Shown here: one piece after another, positions 30,726-39,873 of the stretch | Layout of the letters: the number at the start of each line of letters is the position of its first letter | How positions within the stretch are numbered: the first letter of the stretch is position 1 | DNA from: Nitrospirota bacterium | GTDB taxonomy: Bacteria > Nitrospirota > UBA9217 | Reading direction: 5' to 3' | NCBI GenBank assembly: GCA_963740085.1 | Contig: CAVUCU010000001.1 | Span: 640,001-704,000, forward strand | Length of the DNA stretch: 64,000 bases | Notes under the pieces: model-generated | Told to the model about the DNA's origin: nothing | The model's database searches: none | What the model saw: only the letters and a program-made list of their open reading frames with translations | Made by a program: the position numbers and the translations under genes

Positions 30726-30727
30726 GA
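30326..30727 (+). CDS. Small membrane protein B, copy 3
   Basis: 133 aa; two substitutions relative to B1. Confidence 0.8.
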   Translation: MNSMFDFVTHVKVVEYLLSLALIAGYLLVWEALKPRPFRKVKEVGQEDLAHIRQNGMKGTLKLVGKIAAAPFVGLLYIILLPVGLVSALSYALISGVMGKSASFSWRPAEAYLSGKKKTKKQEVDTDKQPEKK

Positions 30728-30802
30728 TTTTTTTACCGCAAAAGGGTCGCTCAAGAGAGCAGCATCCCTTTTGTAATTGTAATCTAAGGAGGAACGGAAA
30801 GA

Positions 30803-31291
30803 ATGAAAATCGTTACCCTGATCATTGCATCGCTGTGCTTCATCTTTCTTTCTCTAACAGTCGTTCATGCCGAGGAAGGAACGTCAAGTGCGGCCACCCC
30901 TCGTAGGATCATCAAGTTGGACAGCATCGTAAATATCTATAAGCCCGTACAATTCAATCATGAAAAACACATCGCTATTGCCGGTGATTGCGGGAAGTGT
31001 CACCATCAGCACGGGAATAACGCAAGCCTGCCCTGCCATGAGTGCCATAACATTAAGGCACAGTTGTTTAAAAGCTCTCTGACGGGAAGTTTCATGGCAT
31101 GCAAAAATTGCCATGGGGACTTAGACCCCTCAACGCCCCGGATGCCGGGGCTCAAGGTCGCCTATCATCGCCAGTGTTTTCAGTGTCACTGGGGCATGAA
31201 CGAGGTGGGCCTCAGTCCAAAGGGCTGCACCATCATGTGTCATGACAAACGTGACCAGAAGGTGAGCGCGAAAGCACACAAATCACTCTAA
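30803..31291 (+). CDS. Periplasmic class III (c3-type) multiheme cytochrome
   Basis: Signal peptide; PVQFNHEKH; four CxxCH motifs plus one CxxxCH; LKVAYH. Confidence 0.9.
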   Translation: MKIVTLIIASLCFIFLSLTVVHAEEGTSSAATPRRIIKLDSIVNIYKPVQFNHEKHIAIAGDCGKCHHQHGNNASLPCHECHNIKAQLFKSSLTGSFMACKNCHGDLDPSTPRMPGLKVAYHRQCFQCHWGMNEVGLSPKGCTIMCHDKRDQKVSAKAHKSL

Positions 31292-31347
31292 TGAGCACGC
31301 GTACCACGCTATTCACGCTATTAAGGAAAGAGGAGGAATGAGAAATT

Positions 31348-32379
31348 ATGGATAAGAATGCAAAGAAACCCTCTGAACCCGCCAATCCACTGTCAGAACA
31401 GCGCGGCACCGGGGGGGATAAATCTGATGCCGGCACCATGGGTGACAGTCTGAATTTCACCAGAAGAAGGTTCATGGGCACGGTCGCCGCAATAGGCGGA
31501 GCGCTGGGGGCGGCTAGCCTGGCATCCAGGGCGAAGATAGCAGGCGCGAAAGAGTTCGAAGGGTCAGCCGACCGCTACGGTGTGCTGTACGATCTGACCC
31601 TTTGCGTCGGATGCCGCAGCTGCGAAAAGGCCTGCAATGAATATAACAAGCTGCCTGCCCCGGCGGTGCCGTTCGATGATCCCTCGGTATTCGAGGAGAC
31701 GCGGAGACCGACGGTGGAGGCCTATACCGTGGTCAACCGGTACCCGAACCCCAAGGACCCGAGCAAGCCGCTCTACCGCAAGATTCAATGCAATCATTGC
31801 AACGAACCGGGATGCGCAACGTCTTGCCCTGTTCATGCGTACACGAAGCACCCGGAAGGTCCTGTTACCTATAACGTGGACCTCTGTTTCGGCTGCCGGT
31901 ATTGCATGGTGGCCTGTCCCTACTATGTCCCCGCGTATGACTACAACAGCGCGCTCGAGCCCCGGATCTCGAAATGCACCATGTGCGTTGATCGCGTCAA
32001 ACACGGACTTCCTACGGCGTGTTCAGAGATCTGTCCTACCGGCGCTCTCACGTTCGGCAAACGCGCCGACCTGATCAACGTTGCACGGGAGAAGATCATT
32101 AAAAATCCTGACAAGTATATCGACCACATTTTCGGTGAGAACGAGGCGGGAGGATCAAGCTGGCTGTATATCTCCGGAGTCCCTTTCGAGCACTACGGGT
32201 TCCCGGCGCATGTCCAAAAGGCCCCCTTGCTGGAAAATACGAAGGGGTTCCTTGCGAGCGTTCCCCTCGTTTTCGTCGTCTGGCCGGCCCTCTTCGGAAT
32301 GCTTTACTCCGCAACACAACACCGCAACCGTTCAGAGAACGATGGCGATCATGAGAAAACGGAGGACAAAAAGAAATGA
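31348..32379 (+). CDS. Tat-exported 4Fe-4S protein (HybA/HmcB-like) with C-terminal TM anchor
   Basis: TRRRFM; CVGCRSCEKAC, CNHCNEPGCATSCP, CFGCRYCMVACP, KCTMC..CSEICP; true start may be 31438. Confidence 0.9.
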   Translation: MDKNAKKPSEPANPLSEQRGTGGDKSDAGTMGDSLNFTRRRFMGTVAAIGGALGAASLASRAKIAGAKEFEGSADRYGVLYDLTLCVGCRSCEKACNEYNKLPAPAVPFDDPSVFEETRRPTVEAYTVVNRYPNPKDPSKPLYRKIQCNHCNEPGCATSCPVHAYTKHPEGPVTYNVDLCFGCRYCMVACPYYVPAYDYNSALEPRISKCTMCVDRVKHGLPTACSEICPTGALTFGKRADLINVAREKIIKNPDKYIDHIFGENEAGGSSWLYISGVPFEHYGFPAHVQKAPLLENTKGFLASVPLVFVVWPALFGMLYSATQHRNRSENDGDHEKTEDKKK

Positions 32380-33614
32380 GCAACGCTAACCTCGAACAGA
32401 TGGATCATCTCCAGACTACTTTCATGCAGAAACTTCGGATGGGCATGTCGTGGCAGGAGTACACGCGAAGCCTTATCACTCCGTTTAACATCGTCGCTGC
32501 GCTCATCCTCAGTGTCGGCCTGCCGGTGATCGTGATGCGTTTTGCCAAGGGGCTCGTTTTCGCTACCCATGCATCCAACGAATATCCCTGGGGGCTCTTT
32601 CTCGGATGGGGGCTCTTCGGCGGGGTCCCCCTCTCGGCCACCGGTTTTGTCATGGCGACGGCCTATTATATCTTCGGGTTCAAGGACTATCACCCGCTCG
32701 TACGGCTTGGCGTGCTGACGGGTCTACTCGGTTATTTCTTCGCCGCTGTATATCTGATGATTGACCTCGGCAGACCCTGGCGCATCTATTTTCCGATGAT
32801 AATGGGCTTTGGAACGGCCTCGATCCTCTTCCTCGTGGCCTGGCACGTATCAACGTACTTGACGGTACAGATCCTCGAGTTCAGTCCGGCCATTCTCGAG
32901 TGGATCAAATCGAGGCGTGTCCGGCGGTGGGCGCTTATGACCACGGTCGGTTTGACGATCGCGGGCATCATCCTCTCGACACTTCACCAGTCAGCGCTCG
33001 GCGGCATGTTCCTCCTCGCTCCCGGGAAGCTTCACCCGCTCTGGTTTTCGACCTTCTTGCCGGTCTTGTTCCTGAGTTCGAGCATCTATGCGGCCCTGGC
33101 CATGGTGATCGTCGTCAGCACCCTCTCGGTAAAGTTTCTCCGCCACCGTGCGGATGATATTTTCATCAACAGCCTGGACCGTCTGACCCTCGGGCTGGGG
33201 AAAGGGGCTATTGTCGGGATCTACGTCTACTTTGCCTTGAAGTTGATCAGTGTGGCCCACGACGATAACTGGGCGCTCCTGAACACACCGTACGGACACT
33301 GGTTCTTGGTGGAGCTGCTCGGTTTCATCCTCCTTCCCGCGGTAATCTTGACGTATGGTGTCAAGACGAGACAAGCCGGCATCGTGCGGTTTGGGGCCTT
33401 TTTTGCCGTACTCGGCGTTCTGATGAACAGAATCAATGTCTCCATTATCGCCTTCAACTGGAACCTGCCGCACCACCTGCATCACATCGTGCCTCCGTGG
33501 CAGGAAGTCGTCATTGTAGCGGCAATTGTTACTATTCACATACTCGTCTTTCGGTGGATCGTGAACAGGATGCCGGTAATTCGTGAAGATACGAGCTACC
33601 ACGAACTTCATTAA
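32376..33614 (+). CDS. NrfD/HybB/HmcC-family membrane subunit
   Basis: YPWGL, DLGRPWR, LSTLHQSALG, KLHPLW; about 10 TM helices. Confidence 0.9.
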   Translation: MSNANLEQMDHLQTTFMQKLRMGMSWQEYTRSLITPFNIVAALILSVGLPVIVMRFAKGLVFATHASNEYPWGLFLGWGLFGGVPLSATGFVMATAYYIFGFKDYHPLVRLGVLTGLLGYFFAAVYLMIDLGRPWRIYFPMIMGFGTASILFLVAWHVSTYLTVQILEFSPAILEWIKSRRVRRWALMTTVGLTIAGIILSTLHQSALGGMFLLAPGKLHPLWFSTFLPVLFLSSSIYAALAMVIVVSTLSVKFLRHRADDIFINSLDRLTLGLGKGAIVGIYVYFALKLISVAHDDNWALLNTPYGHWFLVELLGFILLPAVILTYGVKTRQAGIVRFGAFFAVLGVLMNRINVSIIAFNWNLPHHLHHIVPPWQEVVIVAAIVTIHILVFRWIVNRMPVIREDTSYHELH

Positions 33615-33624
33615 AAACTGCGTA

Positions 33625-33658
33625 AGAGGATGCATTTTCACCCGAGAATGCATCCTCT
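33625..33658. terminator. Strong stem-loop after the NrfD-family gene
   Basis: AGAGGATGCATTTTC-ACCC-GAGAATGCATCCTCT; no clear U-tract. Confidence 0.5.
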
Positions 33659-33838
33659 CGACTTACAGGGAAAGAGAAAGAGGCAACGGGAGCCGAATCT
33701 GTTCCCCGGATGGATCCCGACAGGCGCCTTGACAGATGTCCACGACCCGGCCTTCAGACGTGTCACAAAACGGGGTGTTCGATTGTCAGCTCGTTGGGAA
33801 TGAGCCGACGGCAGGATACCGATAGTGGGAGATGCATA

Positions 33839-35287
33839 ATGAGGACCCGGAATATACTCCTGTTTTTCGCGCTGTTGTTATCGCTGCAGGTCACGTCGGG
33901 GATAGACCGCTTGGAAGCAGCTGACCCGAACCTCTCCTATCAAAACAAGCCCTGCCTCGGTTGTCACGGCAAACAGAACATCACCCTTTCGTTCCGAAAC
34001 AGGGAGTCGGTATCCGGTTACATTGATGAAGAAAAAATGAAAACATCGGTCCACGCCTCGTTTGCCTGCACTAACTGCCATGCTGAATTCGCGGGAGACC
34101 GGCATCCAAAAAGGAATTTTCAATCCCGGGCGCAGTACCGGGTCCGTTCCTCTTTCGCCTGCAGGCGGTGCCACTCGGACGAACAAATCAGGACCAGGCC
34201 CGTTCACATCGATGTGTTGAGCGGGGAAAGATCGGGGAATCCGCTGGTCTGCGCCGATTGCCACGGGTCCCACTCCGTTATTCGATTGACAAAAAAAAAA
34301 TCACTCAGCGATGAGGCAAAGCTTTGTTTGCGCTGCCACCAGAAGAGTGTCCATGTGTCTTACCAGAATGGCGAACAACGTTCTCTGCGGGTCGACCCCT
34401 TGCTTCTTGAAGCATCTGTTCACAATAAGCTCAGCTGTTCCGACTGCCACTATGGTTTTTCTTCAGAAGCACATCCGAAGCGTAACTTTCGGACGCGAAG
34501 AGACATGACCATCGCTACAGCAGAGGTGTGCCGGCGATGCCATTTCGATAAATACACAAAATTCCAGGACAGCATCCACTACGCCAGATTGAGCCAGGGG
34601 AACCTCAACGCCCCCGTCTGTACCGACTGCCATGACTCGCACTCCATCGCCTCAGCCGGCAGGGAGCGCATCGTCAGCGCCAACCGCTGTAAAAAATGCC
34701 ATCTTGACATTTATACCATCTACGCAAATAGCGTCCACGGCGGCGCACTGCTGAACGAGCACAACAAGGATGTCCCGGTATGCGTAGACTGCCATAAGAC
34801 GCACGACATCCAGAGTCCGCATACCGCTGAATACCGGGAGCGGATCCCTGAAATGTGCAGCAAGTGCCATGCAAACAAAGAGATCATGGGAAAGTACGGC
34901 CTGTCCACGGACGTTATAAAGACCTATCTCTCCGATTTTCACGGCGTCACGCTGGGGTTTTATATAAAACAGAAGGACCTTCTCCCCAAACAAACGAAGA
35001 CAATCGCCGTATGCATCGACTGTCACGGCATCCACAACATCACCAGCACTGTCAGCCCTGATGCGACGATCGTTAAAGCGAATCTGGTGCAACGATGTCG
35101 AAAATGCCATGCCGATGCGACCGAAAACTTTCCCGATGCGTGGATATCCCACTATAAACCGAGTCTGCAGCGGGCGCCGCTCATTTTTATCATCGGCATC
35201 CTGTACCGGATATTCACCCCTATCATGGTCATCGGATTGGTCTTGCAGATCCTGCTGCATATCTGGCGCTATGCGGTAAACCGGTGA
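33839..35287 (+). CDS. Membrane-anchored 13-heme cytochrome c
   Basis: 13 CxxCH motifs counted, recurring SVH/SIH motifs, signal peptide, C-terminal TM helix. Confidence 0.9.
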   Translation: MRTRNILLFFALLLSLQVTSGIDRLEAADPNLSYQNKPCLGCHGKQNITLSFRNRESVSGYIDEEKMKTSVHASFACTNCHAEFAGDRHPKRNFQSRAQYRVRSSFACRRCHSDEQIRTRPVHIDVLSGERSGNPLVCADCHGSHSVIRLTKKKSLSDEAKLCLRCHQKSVHVSYQNGEQRSLRVDPLLLEASVHNKLSCSDCHYGFSSEAHPKRNFRTRRDMTIATAEVCRRCHFDKYTKFQDSIHYARLSQGNLNAPVCTDCHDSHSIASAGRERIVSANRCKKCHLDIYTIYANSVHGGALLNEHNKDVPVCVDCHKTHDIQSPHTAEYRERIPEMCSKCHANKEIMGKYGLSTDVIKTYLSDFHGVTLGFYIKQKDLLPKQTKTIAVCIDCHGIHNITSTVSPDATIVKANLVQRCRKCHADATENFPDAWISHYKPSLQRAPLIFIIGILYRIFTPIMVIGLVLQILLHIWRYAVNR

Positions 35288-35298
35288 TACGGAGGGAG

Positions 35299-36030
35299 AT
35301 GAACATGGGCATGGTAAATAGCGAACAGAAGGACAACCGCATCAGGCGGTTCGGTCCCTACCGGATCATCGAGCACTGGCTGCACGCCGCAGTTTTCTGC
35401 ATGCTCGTCATCACGGGGCTTTCTCAAAAGTTCCATACCTACGACCTCTCGCAGTGGCTCGTCTTCCACCTTGGCGGAATCGATGCCGTCAGGCTCATGC
35501 ATCGCGCTGCCGGCATCATTCTCATCATCCTGCTCATGGAGCACCTTGTCGTGGCTTCAGTGGGCATCATCCGGCTGAGATGGCAGGCATCGATGATAAT
35601 TCAAATGAAAGACTTCCAGGATGCTGTCGACAATCTCAAGTATTACTTCGGGATAAAAAATCACCGTGCCTTGTGCGATCGATACGATTATAAACAAAAA
35701 TTCGATTACTGGGGCGTCCTGATGAGCAATTTGATCATGATCGTCTCCGGGCTCATTCTTTGGTTTCCCATAACAACGTCCAGGTATCTCTACGGTGAAT
35801 TTATCCCTGCCGCTAACGTCATTCACACGAACCAATCATTACTCCTCATCCTTATCATCGCCATCTGGCACATCTATAACTCCATATTCAGCCCGGAAAT
35901 ATTCCCCTTTGACACCAGCATCCTCACCGGGTATCTTCCCAAAGAGAGAATGGTACGCGAACACCCTCTCGAACTAGCCCGGATGGAACGTGTTGCTGGA
36001 AAAAAACAGCACGTGTCTCCCCATACCTGA
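35299..36030 (+). CDS. Di-heme cytochrome b (FdnI/CbcL-b-domain-like)
   Basis: RIIEHWLH, LMHR, RYDYKQKFDYW, IHT, IWHIYN, EHPLE. Confidence 0.85.
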   Translation: MNMGMVNSEQKDNRIRRFGPYRIIEHWLHAAVFCMLVITGLSQKFHTYDLSQWLVFHLGGIDAVRLMHRAAGIILIILLMEHLVVASVGIIRLRWQASMIIQMKDFQDAVDNLKYYFGIKNHRALCDRYDYKQKFDYWGVLMSNLIMIVSGLILWFPITTSRYLYGEFIPAANVIHTNQSLLLILIIAIWHIYNSIFSPEIFPFDTSILTGYLPKERMVREHPLELARMERVAGKKQHVSPHT

Positions 36031-36163
36031 CCGATACATACCCCCCCATCCTGATCGACATCTTGTATGGCACATTGTATGTATTTGCCTATTACGAGAC
36101 AATGGAGTATACTGTGAACGTTTCTTTGTCAGCATGCCGCAGAGAGGCGAGGAATGATCTTCC

Positions 36164-37969
36164 ATGCAGAAGAAGCTGATTATCTCACTTATCCTCTATG
36201 TGATTGTTATGTCGGCAGGTCTCGGCATTCTCAGCACGATAGCCGTCGACGACGCCATAGAGCGGTCATTACAGAAGAGCCTCACCTCGGCACAGACCAT
36301 TGCAAATCAGCTGGATTTTCTCTTGCAGGCCAATATCAGCAGGTTATACGACATCTCGCTTTCGGGTAAAGTGAACCTCAAAACAAGGGACTGGGCCCCG
36401 GTGAAGCGCCTGCTCGAATCAATTTACCAATACTCTGTCTTCACGGAAGGCGTATTCCTCGTCGACAAGCTGGGCAATACCCTCCTTTCCTATCCGGCCC
36501 GTGATTACGGCAAGGAAAATCTGCTGTTCATCCCCTGGGTGAGCCGGGTCCTCACTGAGGGCAAACCGATCATCTCGAATTTGTACACCATCGAACCGAT
36601 CAAGAAGCCGCTTATATTCGTCCTTGTACCCCTGAGAAATACAGCAGGAAAAGTCGTAGGCGCAGCGGGAGGCGCCATCAATCCCACGAATTCCGTCCTG
36701 AGCAGGCTTCTTCAGGCAACAGTCACGTCCGAAACGGAAAATCATTACCTGGAGATCATCGACTCCAACGAGGTCGTCATCGCGTCCGATAAGACCTCTC
36801 ATATCCTGGAACATCACAATTATGACGGTATCCTGGGGAAAATGATTACTGATCATCAATCCGGAGTAAAAAACTTCGGCCGTGGTTTCTCCCAGGCGGA
36901 TGGAAAATGGCAGGATGTATTGGCTGTTGTGCCGCTTCAATCGGTATCATGGGCCATCGTCTTCGGTCAGACCAAGGATGAGGTCTATCAGCCGGCCCAT
37001 CAACTCAGGAATAAGTTTTTTCTGCTGGCATTGATCTTAATCGCAACAGCGATCATCTTTTCCATCGGCATCAGCAGGAACATCGTAAGCCCCATTCGAT
37101 CCCTCATCAATGCCACAGACCGGATCGGACAGGGCGATCTCTCTGTTCCGGTAGGGAATATCGGCAGCGACGAAATTGCCCTACTCGGGAATAGTTTTGA
37201 CGACATGCGGGAAAAGCTGGCCAAGTCCCTCGAAAGCATACATCATCAGAACATTGAGCTTGAAGAACGGGTAAAGAGGCGGACTCAGCAGCTGGAGGAA
37301 AAACAGCTCGCGAACACCACGCTCCTGAAGCAGTTGATCACCTCCCAGGAGGATGAGCGGAAGAGGATCGCACGAGAACTCCACGATGAATCGCTCCAGA
37401 CCCTCTCGGCTATCCTCATGAATATCGAGATGTGCCGGCTTCATCCTGATTTCATAGATCTTGATAGAGTTACCGTGATGAGAGACACCGTCACCCGTGT
37501 CATCAATGAAATGAACAAGGTAATCCAGAACCTGCGGCCGACAGTGCTCGATGACCTGGGGTTTGAAGCCGCGATCGTCTGGCTCGTGGACCAGAACCTC
37601 AAGGACAAGGGCATCTGCTGCTATCTGAATATGCAGGAATTGGCCGAAGAACGGCTCGCGCCAGAAATCCAGATCACGCTCTTCCGGATCATTCAGGAAA
37701 CAATCACGAATATCGCCAGGCATTCCGAGGCAACGCATGTGTCCTTGCACCTCGGGACAGACAGAAGGAATTTCACCATGTCCGTAGAGGACGACGGGGT
37801 CGGGTTCGATTTGAATTCGGTGAACGATAATGTACAGACCGGGCGCGGGTTGGGAATCCTCGGCATGAAGGAACGGGCCGCGCAGGTGAACGGGATATGG
37901 CAAATCTGGTCCTCACCCGGCGAGGGGACGATTGTGCAGTGCAGCATTCCGCTTACAATGGAGGGATAA
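36164..37969 (+). CDS. Sensor histidine kinase (Cache-HAMP-HisKA_3)
   Basis: QEDERKRIARELHDE, LRPTVLDDLG, FRIIQE..TNIARH, GLGILGMKER. Confidence 0.92.
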   Translation: MQKKLIISLILYVIVMSAGLGILSTIAVDDAIERSLQKSLTSAQTIANQLDFLLQANISRLYDISLSGKVNLKTRDWAPVKRLLESIYQYSVFTEGVFLVDKLGNTLLSYPARDYGKENLLFIPWVSRVLTEGKPIISNLYTIEPIKKPLIFVLVPLRNTAGKVVGAAGGAINPTNSVLSRLLQATVTSETENHYLEIIDSNEVVIASDKTSHILEHHNYDGILGKMITDHQSGVKNFGRGFSQADGKWQDVLAVVPLQSVSWAIVFGQTKDEVYQPAHQLRNKFFLLALILIATAIIFSIGISRNIVSPIRSLINATDRIGQGDLSVPVGNIGSDEIALLGNSFDDMREKLAKSLESIHHQNIELEERVKRRTQQLEEKQLANTTLLKQLITSQEDERKRIARELHDESLQTLSAILMNIEMCRLHPDFIDLDRVTVMRDTVTRVINEMNKVIQNLRPTVLDDLGFEAAIVWLVDQNLKDKGICCYLNMQELAEERLAPEIQITLFRIIQETITNIARHSEATHVSLHLGTDRRNFTMSVEDDGVGFDLNSVNDNVQTGRGLGILGMKERAAQVNGIWQIWSSPGEGTIVQCSIPLTMEG

Positions 37970-37970
37970 T

Positions 37971-38639
37971 ATGGGGTTCAAGCCGAAAATTCTGATCGCC
38001 GACGATCACGCCCTGGTACGCCAGGGGATCGCCGCATTTCTCAACATATCCGATGCGTACGAGATTGTGGGAGAGGCAGCGGACGGCGTGGAGGCCATTG
38101 AGGCCGTGAGAAAATACAAGCCCGACATCGTGCTCATGGACATTTCCATGCCGAAGCTCGGCGGGCTCGAGGCGACCGTGGAGATCAAAAAGATCGCCCC
38201 TGATGTGAAGATCCTCGTGCTGACCCAGTATGAGGACACGGTATATATCAGGCGCTTTTTCAAGGCAGGGGTGTCCGGCTACCTGCTCAAGAAAGCGGTC
38301 GGTGTGGAACTGATTACCGCGATCGAGGCAATCCGGGCGGGAAAGGTGTACATCCATCCATCTATCGCTGCGGGTCTCGTGGACGGCTACATGGGCATTC
38401 AGAGGGGGGAGTGTGTCGATGATACGTATGATTCACTGACGGACCGCGAGAAACAGGTCCTGAAACTGATCGCGGAGGGATATACACAAAAGGAGGCTGC
38501 CGACATCCTCAATATCAGCGCAAAAACAGTCGTCACCCACCAAACCAACATCAGCGAAAAGCTCGACATCCATACCCGTGCCGGACTTATCAAGTTTGCA
38601 ATTCAGAAGGGAATTATTAAAATTGACGGGGTCACGTAA
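37971..38639 (+). CDS. NarL/LuxR-family response regulator
   Basis: ILIADDH, MDISMP, LTDREKQVLKLIAEG HTH. Confidence 0.93.
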   Translation: MGFKPKILIADDHALVRQGIAAFLNISDAYEIVGEAADGVEAIEAVRKYKPDIVLMDISMPKLGGLEATVEIKKIAPDVKILVLTQYEDTVYIRRFFKAGVSGYLLKKAVGVELITAIEAIRAGKVYIHPSIAAGLVDGYMGIQRGECVDDTYDSLTDREKQVLKLIAEGYTQKEAADILNISAKTVVTHQTNISEKLDIHTRAGLIKFAIQKGIIKIDGVT

Positions 38640-38645
38640 AGCGGG

Positions 38646-38930
38646 CTAAATTTTCCCGTCGACCATTTCGCGCATCTCCTTGCCTGCCTTGAAGAAAGGG
38701 ACCTTCTTCGGCGGCACCGAGACGGTCTCACCGGTCTTCGGGTTCCTGCCTTCCTTAGCGCGACGGTGTCGGATCCGGAAACTGCCGAACCCGCGTATCT
38801 CGACCTTATCTTCGCGGGACAACGCGTCCTTGATGCCGTCGAGCACCGTGTTGACGATCACTTCCACCTGTTTTCTCGTCAAACCCGGTTTCTTCTCTGC
38901 AATTTTATCTACCAGCTCCGCCTTTGTCAT
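38646..38930 (-). CDS. ihfB: Integration host factor beta subunit
   Basis: MTKAELV, VEIRGFGSF, GRNPKTGE; position downstream of rpsA/sppA. Confidence 0.88.
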   Translation of the reverse strand: MTKAELVDKIAEKKPGLTRKQVEVIVNTVLDGIKDALSREDKVEIRGFGSFRIRHRRAKEGRNPKTGETVSVPPKKVPFFKAGKEMREMVDGKI

Positions 38931-38968
38931 GCAAGTCCTCCTCACCCCTTGGTTCTCACCGGTCCGGA

Positions 38969-39868
38969 TTACAGATACTGTAATGTTACGGAACTCTTGT
39001 TGATGCCGCGCGCAACAACGTCCGCGATCCAGGCAACGGACTCTTCTTTCAAATAATCCAGGAAAGGGATCGTCTTTCTTTTTTCGATCACTCTCGGTTT
39101 CCCTTTGATCCCCACCAGTTCCCCCGCAACCTTGATACTGTCCGCAAGGTCTCCCAGCTGGTCCACCAGCTTGAGATCGAGGGCTTGCCGTCCGGTGAAT
39201 ATGCGGCCATCCGCGATGGTCCGTACGTCAGCCTCCTGCATATTCCGCCCTTCGGCAACGGCCGTGATGAACTGACTGTGGACGTCGTCGATCACGCCCT
39301 GAAGAATCTTCTTTTCGGGCTCTGACATGTCGCGGAACGGGGATCCCACGTCCTTGTACTCTCCCGCCTTCACCACCACGCCCCTTACCCCGATCTTCTC
39401 GAGGAGCTTCTCGATGTTGGCGAACTCCATCTTCACACCGATGCTTCCCGTAAGCGTGCCGGGGTTGGCCACGATCCTGTCTGCCGCCGCAGCCACGTAA
39501 TATCCGCCGGACGCGGCGACCGTCCCCATGGAGGCAACGACCTTTTTTCCGGCTTTCCTTGCGTTCTTGACCGCATTATAGATTTCCTGGGACACGACCA
39601 CACCCCCGCCGGGGCTGTCGATCCGCAAAACGATCGCCTTGATGGAGGAATCCTCGGAATACGAATTCAATTCTTCAACCGCACGCTCCGAGGTAACCAG
39701 TAATCCCTCCAGCTTAACGAGTGCGATTTTGTCCGACCCTCCCACCTGCAGCGTCGCCGATGTCCGTTTGTTCCCCGACAGGAGCGAGGCCAGAAACACC
39801 GTACCGAAAAAAAGCACTCCCAGCGCTATTGCGGTCACCAAAACGATCAGGATGGGATTTTTTTTCAT
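38969..39868 (-). CDS. sppA: Signal peptide peptidase SppA (36K type)
   Basis: RIDSPGG, AASGGYY, TGSIGV, KAGEYKD. Confidence 0.93.
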   Translation of the reverse strand: MKKNPILIVLVTAIALGVLFFGTVFLASLLSGNKRTSATLQVGGSDKIALVKLEGLLVTSERAVEELNSYSEDSSIKAIVLRIDSPGGGVVVSQEIYNAVKNARKAGKKVVASMGTVAASGGYYVAAAADRIVANPGTLTGSIGVKMEFANIEKLLEKIGVRGVVVKAGEYKDVGSPFRDMSEPEKKILQGVIDDVHSQFITAVAEGRNMQEADVRTIADGRIFTGRQALDLKLVDQLGDLADSIKVAGELVGIKGKPRVIEKRKTIPFLDYLKEESVAWIADVVARGINKSSVTLQYL

Positions 39869-39873
39869 GCGGA

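Noticed and set aside
25912-30727. Triplication as a CRISPR array, IS element or pure assembly artefact
   Set aside because: Units are ~1 kb coding cassettes with no repeat-spacer structure, transposase or terminal inverted repeats. Copy-specific synonymous changes and unique flanks argue against a simple artefact, though read confirmation is still needed.
33660-33838. Structured leader or 43 aa extension before the 13-heme cytochrome
   Set aside because: Only a small hairpin is visible and it matches no RNA family I recognise; the signal peptide begins at MRTRNILL.
36068-36083. Possible sigma-54 promoter TGGCACATTGTATGTA before the sensor kinase
   Set aside because: The -12 element is GT rather than GC and there is no adjacent activator; too weak to call.
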